From positions 2,656,001-2,720,000 of the forward strand of contig CBDANF010000003.1 of assembly GCA_965197475.1 (NCBI GenBank): a DNA stretch of 64,000 bases, written 5' to 3'. The DNA is from Candidatus Poribacteria bacterium. GTDB taxonomy: Bacteria > Poribacteria > WGA-4E > WGA-3G. Below, one piece after another: positions 11,042 to 21,797 of the stretch (position 1 is its first letter; each line of letters starts with the position of its first letter). The position numbers and the translations under genes were made by a program. The notes below the pieces were generated by a model that saw only the letters and a list, made by a program, of their open reading frames with translations, did not search any database and was not told where the DNA came from.

Positions 11042-12940
11042 TTATCTCTTGACCCCGCGTAGGCGAAGAAGTGAAGCATTGAACCGAGCAAGCTTCTGAG
11101 AATCTGTCTCATAAATGTAAGATAGCATCCTTGAAATATCCTGACGTGATCTCCTTTTTCGGTGCGTCTTCTTTATGAAATCCTTATGCACAACTTCAAG
11201 TGTTTTATCCGGGTGTGCAGATTTTTGAGCAATCTCCGTTAGATGATAGAGAGCAGGAACATAATCGCTCTGAAGTCGAATAGCTTGTGCCAAGACGTTT
11301 GTAGCCTTGTTTAATCGTCCGCTTTTGCCGAGAATCCATCCCAACGTGTCTTGATGAGACGCAACATCCGGATTGAGCCTTACGGCAGCATAAGCTAAGG
11401 CTTCCGCGAGGAGGTGTTTCTGCTGATACCCATCCGAGTAGAGTTGTGCAAGATTGCTGTAAGTCTCCGCTTCCTCTGGCGCAATTTTTATTGCGGCTTC
11501 ATACGCACGTAGTGCTTTGTAAAGATGTCCGAGATGTTTGTAAGCAATTCCAAGAATATTATAAGTTTTATAATCAGATGAATTCTGCTGGTCCTTACTG
11601 GGTCCATCAGATGGATACGCCGCCTCAGCAACAAAGGGTTGATAAGGTTGAATTCTCCGTAATTGTAAATAGAATTCATAAGCTTCCACAGCAAGCGCAT
11701 ACTGTTTTTCCTGAAAATAGGCAAACCCTAAATTCTTATATAAATCCTTAAATAATTCAGGCTCAATCGAATCAACACCTCGAATAAATTCAAGTGCTTC
11801 AATGGCACTGCGATAGTCTGCTTGCTGGATGAAAAACTTTCCCGCCGCAAGATAGTCTTCAGGGTTATCCAATTGCACGATCTCAGCATTGGGAAGATAC
11901 GGAGAGCGAGGTCGCCGTTGAACTTGCGAATATACTAATGCAATCGTTGAAGCAACCAATAAACAAAATAGGACAAGATAGAGACGTGTACGTGAGACCC
12001 ATCGCTTTGAGAGATACACGGTAGGTCGTAACATCATAGCGAAGGTGCTCGGCTTATAATTTTGCTCCTCCTGTTCATAAATAACAACCGAAGTATTTGG
12101 AACAAGGACCGGTAGCGCGGGGGCAGACACAAGTCTTGTCCGCGGTTTTTCTCCAGATGCCGAATCCGTTGGAGGATTAGTTTCATCTTGAGTGTCAGTT
12201 TCAACGGGTTGCGGTACCACTACAGCATCTGATGATTCTTCAGATACTGTAGTGTCCGACGATTCATCTTGTTTGACTGTTAAATCAATTATCGGTGCTT
12301 CAATGTCATCGGGAGGGGTATCTTCTTCAATAATAACCGAGAATTCGGATGAAGTTTCGGCTTTTTCGTCAGAATTTGCCGACAAATCATCAGGATTGTC
12401 TTCACTTTCAACACTTTCGTTCGTAGTTTCCTGACTCAACTCCGGTTCTTCCACTTCCAATTGCAGGGGATCAGTAAAATCTGGAGTATTTGTCAGATCG
12501 GAAAAAGTATCGTCAATTTCTTCTATTGTTTCAGCAGTTCCTATATCAGGATGCCTTGCATTAATCAGGTCTATACTTTTCTGACTTTCCCTACGAGTTA
12601 ACGGCGAAATCTCTGTACTTAAAAGGGATTCCAATGTAGACAGTGCCGACGCTGTTCCAATGTTTCCAAGTGCCTCAATTAAAGTCCACCGAGTTAAATC
12701 GCTGTCCTCCTTTTTTAAGGCATCCACAAGTGCGGGCGTTGCTTCAGAAAAATTGGATTGCTGAAGAGCGTTCGCTGCTTCGCGCCGCACACTAGGAGCA
12801 ACATCAGACAATGCTTTCAAGAGAAAAGGTAAAGCTTGTGCACCACCTACCTCAACAATTTCTATAACCGCTGCCCTTCGAGTTGCTATAGGCTGCGACA
12901 TATCTGATAAATTTTGTGTGAGTTGTTCAAAAGATGCCAT
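11042..12940 (-). CDS. Membrane protein: HEAT/PBS repeats, acidic linker, one TM helix, TPR repeats
   Basis: VRREAANAL/TRWTLIEALG repeats; D/E-rich spacer; LYLVLFCLLVASTIALVY TM; YKNLGFAY, YNILGIAY, YSNLAQLY TPRs. Confidence 0.75.
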   Translation of the reverse strand: MASFEQLTQNLSDMSQPIATRRAAVIEIVEVGGAQALPFLLKALSDVAPSVRREAANALQQSNFSEATPALVDALKKEDSDLTRWTLIEALGNIGTASALSTLESLLSTEISPLTRRESQKSIDLINARHPDIGTAETIEEIDDTFSDLTNTPDFTDPLQLEVEEPELSQETTNESVESEDNPDDLSANSDEKAETSSEFSVIIEEDTPPDDIEAPIIDLTVKQDESSDTTVSEESSDAVVVPQPVETDTQDETNPPTDSASGEKPRTRLVSAPALPVLVPNTSVVIYEQEEQNYKPSTFAMMLRPTVYLSKRWVSRTRLYLVLFCLLVASTIALVYSQVQRRPRSPYLPNAEIVQLDNPEDYLAAGKFFIQQADYRSAIEALEFIRGVDSIEPELFKDLYKNLGFAYFQEKQYALAVEAYEFYLQLRRIQPYQPFVAEAAYPSDGPSKDQQNSSDYKTYNILGIAYKHLGHLYKALRAYEAAIKIAPEEAETYSNLAQLYSDGYQQKHLLAEALAYAAVRLNPDVASHQDTLGWILGKSGRLNKATNVLAQAIRLQSDYVPALYHLTEIAQKSAHPDKTLEVVHKDFIKKTHRKRRSRQDISRMLSYIYETDSQKLARFNASLLRLRGVKR

Positions 12941-13451
12941 AATCCATCTACGGATATACTTTTTCGCGTATCCGTTTCTCCGGCATTAAAAATGAGCGTG
13001 TATTAGCACTGAACGATTCTATCTTACGATAAAATCGTTCTTACATCTATTAGGATCTATGATAAAAGTAGATTCGTTTGAAATAGATCGGCACATTACA
13101 AATCTTACTATCTTGAACGAACTATTCCTTATCAAGATGCTGCACACGATATGAAATCTGTGTAAACTTTACCATTAATAAAACGATTTCTTATTGGAAA
13201 GGATACATTTGCCAACACCATCTGTCAGTTCGTAGGTTGGACAGAGCGTAACGAAACCCTTATGTGTCATACGCACTTAACATTGTAGGTCGGGGTCCCC
13301 GTGCCCAGATAGAAGTACCAGTTGTGCGGAAGGTGTATAGAACACACACTACCCAAAAACAAGCCCAGCGGGGCGAAAGGTGTAAATTACCAAATGGACT
13401 TCAACTTAAACTTTTGACAAAATATTTACACCTCTCAAGTTAATAATTGAC

Positions 13452-13480
13452 TTGACATTTCTCAAAAAAACCTATATCAT
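13452..13480 (+). promoter_or_regulatory. Sigma70-type promoter of dppA-like genes
   Basis: TTGACA-N17-TATCAT just upstream of ATG 13513. Confidence 0.6.
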
Positions 13481-13512
13481 GAAACAAATCTTTTAGATCA
13501 TTGGAGTAGTTT

Positions 13513-15171
13513 ATGAGAATAAAGTTTTTTAAATGTTTTTTCAATCAAGATGTTAAAAAAATTGGCATCATTCCTTTCTTATTATCAAACTTTTCACTGT
13601 TAATTTTCCTGTTAATAACACTGACATTACCAATAGTTTCCATATCTTTGCCAGCAGATGCTGATTCTCACGCAACGGGAGGCACGTTAATTTTTGGACG
13701 TGGTGGCGACTCTGTCGGATTAGACCCAGCTCTTGAAGAAGATGGAGAATCCTTCAAAGTTTGCGATAACATCTACGATACCCTTGTCCAATATAAAGAC
13801 GGGAGTACTGAACTTGAACCGGGACTCGCAAAAAGTTGGGAAAGTTCAGAGGACGGTTTGACATGGACTTTTTTCCTGCGAGAAGGCGTAGCCTTCCATG
13901 ATGGAACCCCCTTTAATGCTGAAGCCGTTCTTTTTTCACTTAACCGACAGCACGATAAAACACACCCTTTTCATAACGTTAGTGGCAGCTATGTTTATTG
14001 GGTTGCTACCGGGTTGGCAGAAATAGTGGACAAAATTACCGCTGTTGACGAGTTTACCGTCCAAATCCAACTTAAAACAGCGTATGCCCCCTTTATCTAT
14101 ACGATTGCAATTACTCCATTTTCCATTGTCAGTCCAACGGCAGTGAAAAAATCGGGTGATGAGTATTTCAATAACCCCGTTGGCACCGGTCCTTTCAAAT
14201 TTGACCGTTGGGATAAGAAGGATAAAATCGTGCTTGAGGCAAATGATAACTATTGGGGCGGACGGCCAAGTTTGGATCGGGTAATCTTTCGTTCTATTCC
14301 TGACAACTCTGTGAGGCTTATTGAACTTCAACAAGGGGGTCTCCATGCGATGGAGTTCCCAAATCCAGACGATTTGGAACAAATTCGGGATGATGAGACG
14401 CTTGAGTTGCTGTCTCAACCGGGCATGAGTATCGGTTATTTGGCGATGAATATGGACAAAGCTCCGTTTGATAACCACAAAGTGAGACTCGCGATTAATC
14501 ATGCCATAAATAAATCAGCGATTATTGAGCATCTGTATCAAGGTCTCGGCATTCCTGCGAAAAACCCTATTCCACCAACTTTATGGAGTTATGACGACAC
14601 AATTGAGGATTACGCTTACGATCCTAAATTGGCAAAAAAACTTCTCAATGAGGCAGGATACGCCGACGGTTTTGAAACCACACTTTGGGCACTCCCTGTT
14701 CCGCGTCCCTATATTCCTGATGGACGTGCACTTGCAGAAGTTATCCAATCTGAACTCCGAAATATTGGAATTCGAACAAAAATCGTCACTTACGATTGGG
14801 GCACCTACCTTGAAAAAACGAAAAATGGGGAACATGATATGGCAATGTTAGGCTGGAGTGCCGACCTCGGTGACCCAGATAACTTCTTCTATTTTCTCTT
14901 GAGTAAATCTTCAGCAGAAAAGCCCGCGGGCAATATCGCGTTTTATCGAAGCGATGCAATGCAAGATGTTTTAGAGCAGGCAAGAGCTACCTCCGATAAA
15001 GAGAAGCGAATATCGCTCTATAAAAAAGCACAGCAGATATTCCACAAAGATGTTCCATGGGTACCTTTGGCACACGCAAAACAGATTTTAGTCGTTAACA
15101 AAAAGGTGAAAAACCTTAAACTTCATCCGTTGAATTGGAAATACTTCCGCAATGTTTCACTGGGAAGGTAA
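13513..15171 (+). CDS. ABC peptide-type substrate-binding protein (DppA-like, family 5)
   Basis: LDPA..IYDTLV, PGLAKSWE..WTFFLREGVAFHDGTPFNAEAV, PVGTGPFKF, VRLAINHAINK. Confidence 0.9.
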   Translation: MRIKFFKCFFNQDVKKIGIIPFLLSNFSLLIFLLITLTLPIVSISLPADADSHATGGTLIFGRGGDSVGLDPALEEDGESFKVCDNIYDTLVQYKDGSTELEPGLAKSWESSEDGLTWTFFLREGVAFHDGTPFNAEAVLFSLNRQHDKTHPFHNVSGSYVYWVATGLAEIVDKITAVDEFTVQIQLKTAYAPFIYTIAITPFSIVSPTAVKKSGDEYFNNPVGTGPFKFDRWDKKDKIVLEANDNYWGGRPSLDRVIFRSIPDNSVRLIELQQGGLHAMEFPNPDDLEQIRDDETLELLSQPGMSIGYLAMNMDKAPFDNHKVRLAINHAINKSAIIEHLYQGLGIPAKNPIPPTLWSYDDTIEDYAYDPKLAKKLLNEAGYADGFETTLWALPVPRPYIPDGRALAEVIQSELRNIGIRTKIVTYDWGTYLEKTKNGEHDMAMLGWSADLGDPDNFFYFLLSKSSAEKPAGNIAFYRSDAMQDVLEQARATSDKEKRISLYKKAQQIFHKDVPWVPLAHAKQILVVNKKVKNLKLHPLNWKYFRNVSLGR

Positions 15172-15172
15172 T

Positions 15173-16889
15173 ATGAATAAAGTAATTTTTGTAGCAATAG
15201 TTCTCGTTTTTTCACTCCTGCTATTAACAGGAATTAATGCACAAAACGGAACCGTCACAGGTGACTTCAACGGTGATGGTGTCGTGAACATCCATGATTT
15301 GATCTATGTGGCTTCAAATTTTGGCGAAAATTTTGACCCAGCGCAGGAACCAAGCCCTGATGTCAACGGTGACGGCATCGTCAACATCAGAGACTTAATC
15401 ATCGTTGCCAGTATGTTTGGCGATAGCGCATTCGAAATGAGTACTCTGATTTTTGGACGGGGTGGTGATTCTATTACGCTTGACCCATCACAGATGCTTG
15501 ACGGGGAATCAGCGAAAGTTTGTGATATGGTCTACGATACACTTGTCCAATATAGGGGTAACACAACCGATATTGAACCCGCTGTAGCGGAAATGTGGGA
15601 AAGTTCTGCAGATGGGTTAAAGTGGACTTTTCACTTACGACAAGGAGTCGAATTCCACGATGGCACTCCGTTAAACGCTAATGCAGTCGTCTTTTCATTG
15701 ACTCGCCCAAATGCACTGTCCCGTAATTTTTACGAAGAATTTATAGATCGGATTACTGTGTTAGATGATTTTACCGTTCAGATTGCTCTCAAAACACCGT
15801 ATGCTCCTTTTCTCAGCACAATGGCTTCTTCTGAAAATGCTATTGTGAGTCCGGCAGCAGTTGCACACTTTGGTGAAAATTTTGGTGACAATCTTGTAGG
15901 AACAGGACCTTTCAAGTTTGTCCAATGGGATAGGAATGATCAAATTTTGCTTACCGCAAACGATACACATTGGGCAGGGAAACCAGCAATTGATAAACTG
16001 ATCTTCCGTTCTATTCCTGATAATGCTGACCGATTAATGGAACTCCAGCAAAGCAATCTTCATGCGATGGAATTTCCAAACCCTGATGAATTGGCAATGA
16101 TTCGCGGGAATGCAAGACTTGAACTCTTAATGCAACCCAGTCTCAATGTTGGATATCTAGCGATGAACCTGGAAAAACCACCGTTTGATAATCTGAAGGT
16201 TCGGCTTGCAATTAACCATGCGATCAATAAAACCGAGATAATTGAACGTCTGTATCAAGGTACTGGTATTCCGGCGAAGAATCCAATTCCCCCAACATTA
16301 TGGAGTTACGATGAAATCGAAGATTACGCCTACGATCCAGAACTCGCCAAACAACTTCTTGCAGAAGCAGGTTACCCTGATGGATTTGAGACAACCCTAT
16401 GGGCGTTGCCCATTCCACGTCCCTACATCCCTGACGGGCAAGCACTCGCAGAGGCATTGCAATCTGACCTCCGAAACATCGGCATTGAGGCAAAAATCGT
16501 TACTTTTGACTGGCAGACCTATATTGAAAAGACGGAAAACGGTGAACACGGATATGGCAATGCTTGGTTGGAGTGCTGGCGGAGATCCTGATAATTTTCT
16601 CTACTATCTTTTGAGTAAAACCACAGCACAGAAGCCTGCTGCGCTGAATATAGCTTTCTATCAAAGCGATGAGATGCAGGATGTTCTGGAACGTGCAAGG
16701 ATGAGCACAGATCGAAATGAACGCATTGAACTTTATCAGCAAGCACAAGCGATTTTCCATAGAGATGTCCCATGGGTTCCGCTGGCACATGCACAAAGAC
16801 TCTTGGTCATTGACAGAAGCGTTCAAAATCTCAAACTTGCTCCTGTGGGATGGAGATATCTCCGTAGTGTATCGCTTGCATCAGAATAA
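15173..16889 (+). pseudogene. Dockerin-fused DppA-like binding protein with +1 frameshift at ~16550 (pseudogene or sequencing error)
   Basis: GDFNGDGVVNIHDL/DVNGDGIVNIRDL then SBP family 5; GAACACG-GATATGGCA has one extra G versus paralog GAACATGATATGGCA; C-terminus continues in ORF ending 16889. Confidence 0.85.
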
Positions 16890-16934
16890 GCCCGTTTTTT
16901 CCAAGTACATACAGAGAATGGATAGGAATCGTAA

Positions 16935-17960
16935 ATGGACAAATCCAAATTTCGCGTGGGTGTCACCCGTGACTTCCTGAAACCTGACGGAAGTTCTGAT
17001 TTAGACAACATTGCCGGTCCGCTGTTTGATAAAGCAGGGCTGTACTGGGAATATATTGCAGAAAATAGGTCCGCATTGACTGCTGCACAGGTGCAAGATT
17101 ATGACGCGCTTTTGGTATTAGGCGCGGGCATCACGGCAGATACGTTCATAGATGTCAATAGGTTGGCTATCATCGCACGGTTTGGTGTAGGATATGATAA
17201 GGTAGACGTGCAAGCCTGCACCGAAAACGGGGTACTACTGACAATCGCACCGGATGGAGTTCGCAGACCCGTTGCTACCTCTATCCTCACTTTTGTCTTA
17301 TCCTTGAGCCATCAGTTGTTGATAAAAGATCGACTTACCCGAGCTGGCAGATGGACAGATACCAAAGACTTTATGGGCATGGGTTTAGTCGGAAGAACGC
17401 TCGGTCTCGTCGGGATGGGCAATATCGGAAAAGAGACATTTAAACTGGTAAAACCCTTCGGCATGCGTCATATTACCTTCGATCCATACATCACACCTGC
17501 TGACGCTGCTGAAGTCGATGCAGAAATAGTAGACTTGGATACCCTGATGCGAACTGCTGATTTTGTCTGTGTTTGCTGCCCGTTGAGCGAAGAAACACGA
17601 GGACTTATTGATGCAAGATGTATCGGACTGATGAAACCGACAGCATACCTGATTAACACCGCACGCGGTCCGATTGTTGACCAGAAGGCACTCACTGGTG
17701 CACTTCAAAACGGACGTATCCAAGGAGCAGGTCTTGATGTCTTTGAACAGGAGCCGATTAACGATGACGATCCGCTTTTAAGTCTGGACAACGTTATCGT
17801 TACGCCACACAGCATCTGCTGGACAGATGAGTGTTTTGAAGGCAACGGTAGGAGCGCGTGTAAAAGCATTATCAGCGTGGCTTCTGGGCAAATGCCAACA
17901 TGGATTGTGAACCGAGATGTTATAGATAGCCCAATACTGCTAAAAAAGTTGGCGCGATAA
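16935..17960 (+). CDS. D-isomer-specific 2-hydroxyacid dehydrogenase (SerA-like)
   Basis: RFGVGYD, GLVGMGNIG, LINTARG, GAGLDVFEQEP, VTPH. Confidence 0.9.
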   Translation: MDKSKFRVGVTRDFLKPDGSSDLDNIAGPLFDKAGLYWEYIAENRSALTAAQVQDYDALLVLGAGITADTFIDVNRLAIIARFGVGYDKVDVQACTENGVLLTIAPDGVRRPVATSILTFVLSLSHQLLIKDRLTRAGRWTDTKDFMGMGLVGRTLGLVGMGNIGKETFKLVKPFGMRHITFDPYITPADAAEVDAEIVDLDTLMRTADFVCVCCPLSEETRGLIDARCIGLMKPTAYLINTARGPIVDQKALTGALQNGRIQGAGLDVFEQEPINDDDPLLSLDNVIVTPHSICWTDECFEGNGRSACKSIISVASGQMPTWIVNRDVIDSPILLKKLAR

Positions 17961-18272
17961 AGTTTCCCCGTAGGTTGGGTAGAGCGCAGCGAAACCCAAC
18001 CTACATCTACATTTGGAACTTATTATCAAACTCATGTTAATTATATACGCTGTGGTAAGAGCGGTTTCCTAACAGCATTATAGGTAATTTAAGAAACACT
18101 ACACGCTTAACCCAGAAACGGTAGGAGCAGTTCCTAACCGCTCCGTGTCGGACACAAAAACCGAACCTTACGCGCCCATTTCAGACAACTCGTGGACCGT
18201 TGCTGGGATAAGTCCGGTTCGGTTGGGCAACCGGACCTACCATCGGATTTTTTATAAAACAACGGAGGCGAT

Positions 18273-19388
18273 ATGAAAGGTATCAAAGTACTCAGCACAA
18301 TTATCGGTTTTCTGTTTCTTACCTCAGGCTACCTAATAGCCGACCAACTCGTTACCGCTCAGGATCCAAAATATCCTCATTTCAAAAACTTAGTGAAACC
18401 TAAATATCCGAAGGAAGCCAAAAGGGCAGAGAAAGAGGGAAAAGTTGTTCTCACAGCAACCATTGATGTGAATGGGATACCACAAAACATTGTAGCACTT
18501 ACAAAGCTCGGTTTCGGATTTGAGGAAGCAGCGATCGAAGCACTAAAGAAAACTACTTTCTATCCTGCTACTAAGAAAGGAAAACCGTTCAGTGTTGTAG
18601 TTAAGGTGCCTTTTGAATTTAAACTGGAGTCTTCCGATTCTAAAATGGTGTTTATCCCAGCAGGTGAGTTCCAGATGGGGAGCAATAAAGGTCATCCTGA
18701 CGAAAAGCTGTCACATCCCATCTATCTTGATGCCTTTTATATGGATAAATATGAGGTGACGAATGCAGAATATAAAGCGTTTGTTGATGCCAATCCACAG
18801 TGGGGAAAAGACCAAATTCTGCGCACATACCATGATGGCTATTACTTAGTAAATTGGATTGGCAACGATTACCCGATCGGAGAAGGCAACCACCCAGTCG
18901 TCTATGTCAGTTGGTATGCAGCGATGGCGTACGCAAAATGGGTAGGCAAAAGGTTACCGACAGAGGCTGAATGGGAAAAAGCTGCTCGCGGTGGGTTGAT
19001 AGGTAAAACGTATCCGTGGGGCGATTCAATTGATGCAACACAAGCAAACTATTATAAGAACATTGACGGGACAACTATGCCAGTCGGGTCTTATCCCGCT
19101 AACGAGTTCGGGTTGTATGACATGGCAGGAAACGTAACGGAGTGGTGCCTTGATAGGTATGATGCAAATTTCTATATCAGTTCTCCGCGCCAAAATCCAA
19201 TTGCGGGTGCTAACAGCATTGATGAAGTCATAAATAATTTCATTACTTTAAAAAACAATCGCGTGTTACGGGGTGGTTCTTGGCTCCACATTCCTGAAAA
19301 CTTGCGCGTCTCTGATCGCGCATGGAGAACACCTACGGACACAAATCCTAATGAAGGGTTTCGGTGTGTTAAGCCGGTGAAACCTTAA
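18273..19388 (+). CDS. TonB C-terminal domain fused to FGE-sulfatase (SUMF1-like) domain
   Basis: PKYPKEAKRAEKEGKV...FYPATKKGKP..VKVPFEFKL; FQMGS, YEVTNAEY, RLPTEAEWEKAARGG, GLYDMAGNVTEW, RGGSW, GFRC. Confidence 0.85.
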   Translation: MKGIKVLSTIIGFLFLTSGYLIADQLVTAQDPKYPHFKNLVKPKYPKEAKRAEKEGKVVLTATIDVNGIPQNIVALTKLGFGFEEAAIEALKKTTFYPATKKGKPFSVVVKVPFEFKLESSDSKMVFIPAGEFQMGSNKGHPDEKLSHPIYLDAFYMDKYEVTNAEYKAFVDANPQWGKDQILRTYHDGYYLVNWIGNDYPIGEGNHPVVYVSWYAAMAYAKWVGKRLPTEAEWEKAARGGLIGKTYPWGDSIDATQANYYKNIDGTTMPVGSYPANEFGLYDMAGNVTEWCLDRYDANFYISSPRQNPIAGANSIDEVINNFITLKNNRVLRGGSWLHIPENLRVSDRAWRTPTDTNPNEGFRCVKPVKP

Positions 19389-19444
19389 TACCTTATACGA
19401 TTTCTGATTGAAAATACTCTTTTAAAGATTCGTAATCTATGGTA

Positions 19445-19887
19445 TACTAAAGTTTGGACAATTTCTGTCTGTTTCATGTTGTGTTCTCAAGTCCTTTCTA
19501 TTTTTCTACGAGTTTTGTGCGAAGTTGTAACCCACAAAAAAACTATTATAGGTTTAGCAAAGGCATCCCCAGCGGGGCGAAATGTTTATCAATAAATCTT
19601 ATATTGATGCCTAAGGTGTTTCTATTGACCTTGACTATCACTCAAGAACTCTAAAAATTGTCCAAAGTATAACCCAAGTTGCCACCTACTAACATGAAAA
19701 CGTCATCTACACAGAATTTTCAGATAAGTGCTACTCACAGTTACTGGACATACCGCTCCGCTGGAGCGGAAGAAAGGACTAACTTTTTCTATAAACATAT
19801 CGCTCCGCTGGAGCGGAAGATTAAACACCCCAACGATAAGAGAATTGATTGATTTTCAAAAGGTAGCAACTTGGGTAAAGTATAGTA
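19445..19887. mobile_element. Nested MITEs: outer element with an IS982-like MITE (19672-19876) inserted in its right TIR
   Basis: Outer TIR TACTAAAGTTTGGACAATTT / AAATTGTCCAAAGTATAGTA; inner ACCCAAGTTGCCACCT...AGGTAGCAACTTGGGT with 8-bp duplication AAAGTATA; CGCTCCGCTGGAGCG hairpins inside. Confidence 0.8.
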
Positions 19888-19960
19888 AAAGGAAATGGGA
19901 CAGTTTAAGAGCTGTCCCATTTCCTTTAAGTTAGTTTGGGATTTATACGTATTCAGAACC

Positions 19961-20821
19961 TTATTGTATCAAACGCGCATGTGCTGTCACGTGTAGCGGT
20001 AAGAAAAATGGACGTTTTGATGAAAGCACTTCCTGACGGAGCCTTTCCCTTAATGTATCTATACCCACTTGTTCCGCTGTTGCTATTCCATATTTTTCAA
20101 TAAGTGGAAGTAGACTCTGAAAAATAGTTGCCATATATCGGTACCCTGCCCAATTCGCTGCTGCACCGATGGGGGCGTGGAAGTGCATCTGCGGTGGAGG
20201 TAAACCTGCCTCAACAAAAACCCGATATAGTCCAATCCCCATGTTAAGATGTGCCCCTGAATGCTCAAACACCTCCAAAATCCACTGGTAAAGTTGATTC
20301 ATAAGGGGTGTATCTGGGTGTGAGAACGCAGGATAAAGTGTATATTCCGGTTCCTGAAAAGCAACGACTCCACCAGACTTTAGATGTGTAATTAATTCCG
20401 CTAACGCCGCTACTGGATCAGCCATATACATCAGCACAAATCGACCAACAAGCGCGTCAAATTTATTTTCAAAAGCGATTGATTGAGCATCACCAGCAAT
20501 GAATCCAACATTTTTCATACCAGCATCGACTGCACGTTGGCGCGCCGTTTCCAGAATCGCTGGATTGACATCAACGCCAACGACTTGTCCTGATGTTCCG
20601 ACAAGTTCAGCAAGGGTAAAAGCAACATCGCCAGCACCACTCCCGATTTCAAGCACCCGCATTCCAGTTCCAATGCCTGCGCATTCACAGAGAAGTCTTG
20701 TTGATTCTCCATAGATTCTGGATTGCTCAATGAGCCGCGTTGTTTCGTGTGAGGTTCGCCCTAAGGTGTAGGTAGCATCGCGATTTAATGCAGACGAATT
20801 CTGTGAATGGTTTTCTGCCAT
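19961..20821 (-). CDS. Class I SAM-dependent methyltransferase
   Basis: VLEIGSGAGD, VVGVD, FDALVGRFVL, LKSGG. Confidence 0.9.
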   Translation of the reverse strand: MAENHSQNSSALNRDATYTLGRTSHETTRLIEQSRIYGESTRLLCECAGIGTGMRVLEIGSGAGDVAFTLAELVGTSGQVVGVDVNPAILETARQRAVDAGMKNVGFIAGDAQSIAFENKFDALVGRFVLMYMADPVAALAELITHLKSGGVVAFQEPEYTLYPAFSHPDTPLMNQLYQWILEVFEHSGAHLNMGIGLYRVFVEAGLPPPQMHFHAPIGAAANWAGYRYMATIFQSLLPLIEKYGIATAEQVGIDTLRERLRQEVLSSKRPFFLPLHVTAHARLIQ

Positions 20822-20833
20822 GCGTTAAACTTT

Positions 20834-21670
20834 TTATGTTGGAAGAGATACATGTGCTGTGACGTGTGGAGGCAGCATAATTGGTCGTTTTGATGCAGCG
20901 ACTTCTGCTTGTATACGGGCTGCGAGCGTGTCTATATCTAACTTATCAGCGGTAGCAATCTCGTAAGCCTCAAGCAACGGTAGCATACTCCGAAAACTGT
21001 TCTGGAGATAATCGTATCCAGGCCAATCTTCGGGACCACCCATGGGTGCTTCAAAATGTAACGCGGGTTCGGGCAAACCAGCGTCAACAAAGGCTTTGTA
21101 GAGTTCCATTCCCATTTCAACATGTGCGCCGGAACGTTCAAACACGGTGCGTCCCCACTCAATTAAATCATTTATCAAAGGTGTATCTGGATGTACAGCA
21201 ACAGCATAAGGCGAAAAATCAACTTCTTGAAAGGCAACGATTCCACCGGGGCGTAGGTGCGTTGCCAAATGTTTGAGCGCATCTGCGGGATCCGCCATAT
21301 ACATTAGCACAAGTCTGCCGACAACGGCATCAAAATCGTTAGAAAGTTCAAGCGTTCGGGTATCACCCGCTATGAATTCAATATTTGTGACACCTGCTGC
21401 GTTCACACGCGCTTTCGCTGTCTCAAGAATATCAGCGTTGACATCTACTCCAATAACAATGCCTTCGGGACCAACAAATTCGGCAAGCGTGAGGGCAACG
21501 TCACCAGCACCACTGCCAACATCAAGGACTTTCATGCCTTTGGCAATACCGCTCCTCAGAAAAAACCGCCGTGTCACATCATCATAGAGTTGTGACTGTT
21601 TAATCAGTCGTTCCGTTTCTGATTCGCTCCTACCCATTGTATATTCTGCATCCCTGTTTTGATTACTCAT
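20834..21670 (-). CDS. Class I SAM-dependent methyltransferase, tandem paralog
   Basis: VLDVGSGAGD, FDAVVGRLVL, LRPGG; colinear with neighbour. Confidence 0.9.
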   Translation of the reverse strand: MSNQNRDAEYTMGRSESETERLIKQSQLYDDVTRRFFLRSGIAKGMKVLDVGSGAGDVALTLAEFVGPEGIVIGVDVNADILETAKARVNAAGVTNIEFIAGDTRTLELSNDFDAVVGRLVLMYMADPADALKHLATHLRPGGIVAFQEVDFSPYAVAVHPDTPLINDLIEWGRTVFERSGAHVEMGMELYKAFVDAGLPEPALHFEAPMGGPEDWPGYDYLQNSFRSMLPLLEAYEIATADKLDIDTLAARIQAEVAASKRPIMLPPHVTAHVSLPT

Positions 21671-21797
21671 TTTAATTTATCTCACCTTTAAAAAGTAAGA
21701 CACCAACTGTGGAGTGTCTACGTATTTTAGATTTTACTATTATTCGGTATGTGTTAGGGAGCAGTTTGAAACCATTCCCTATTAAGAAACAATAACG

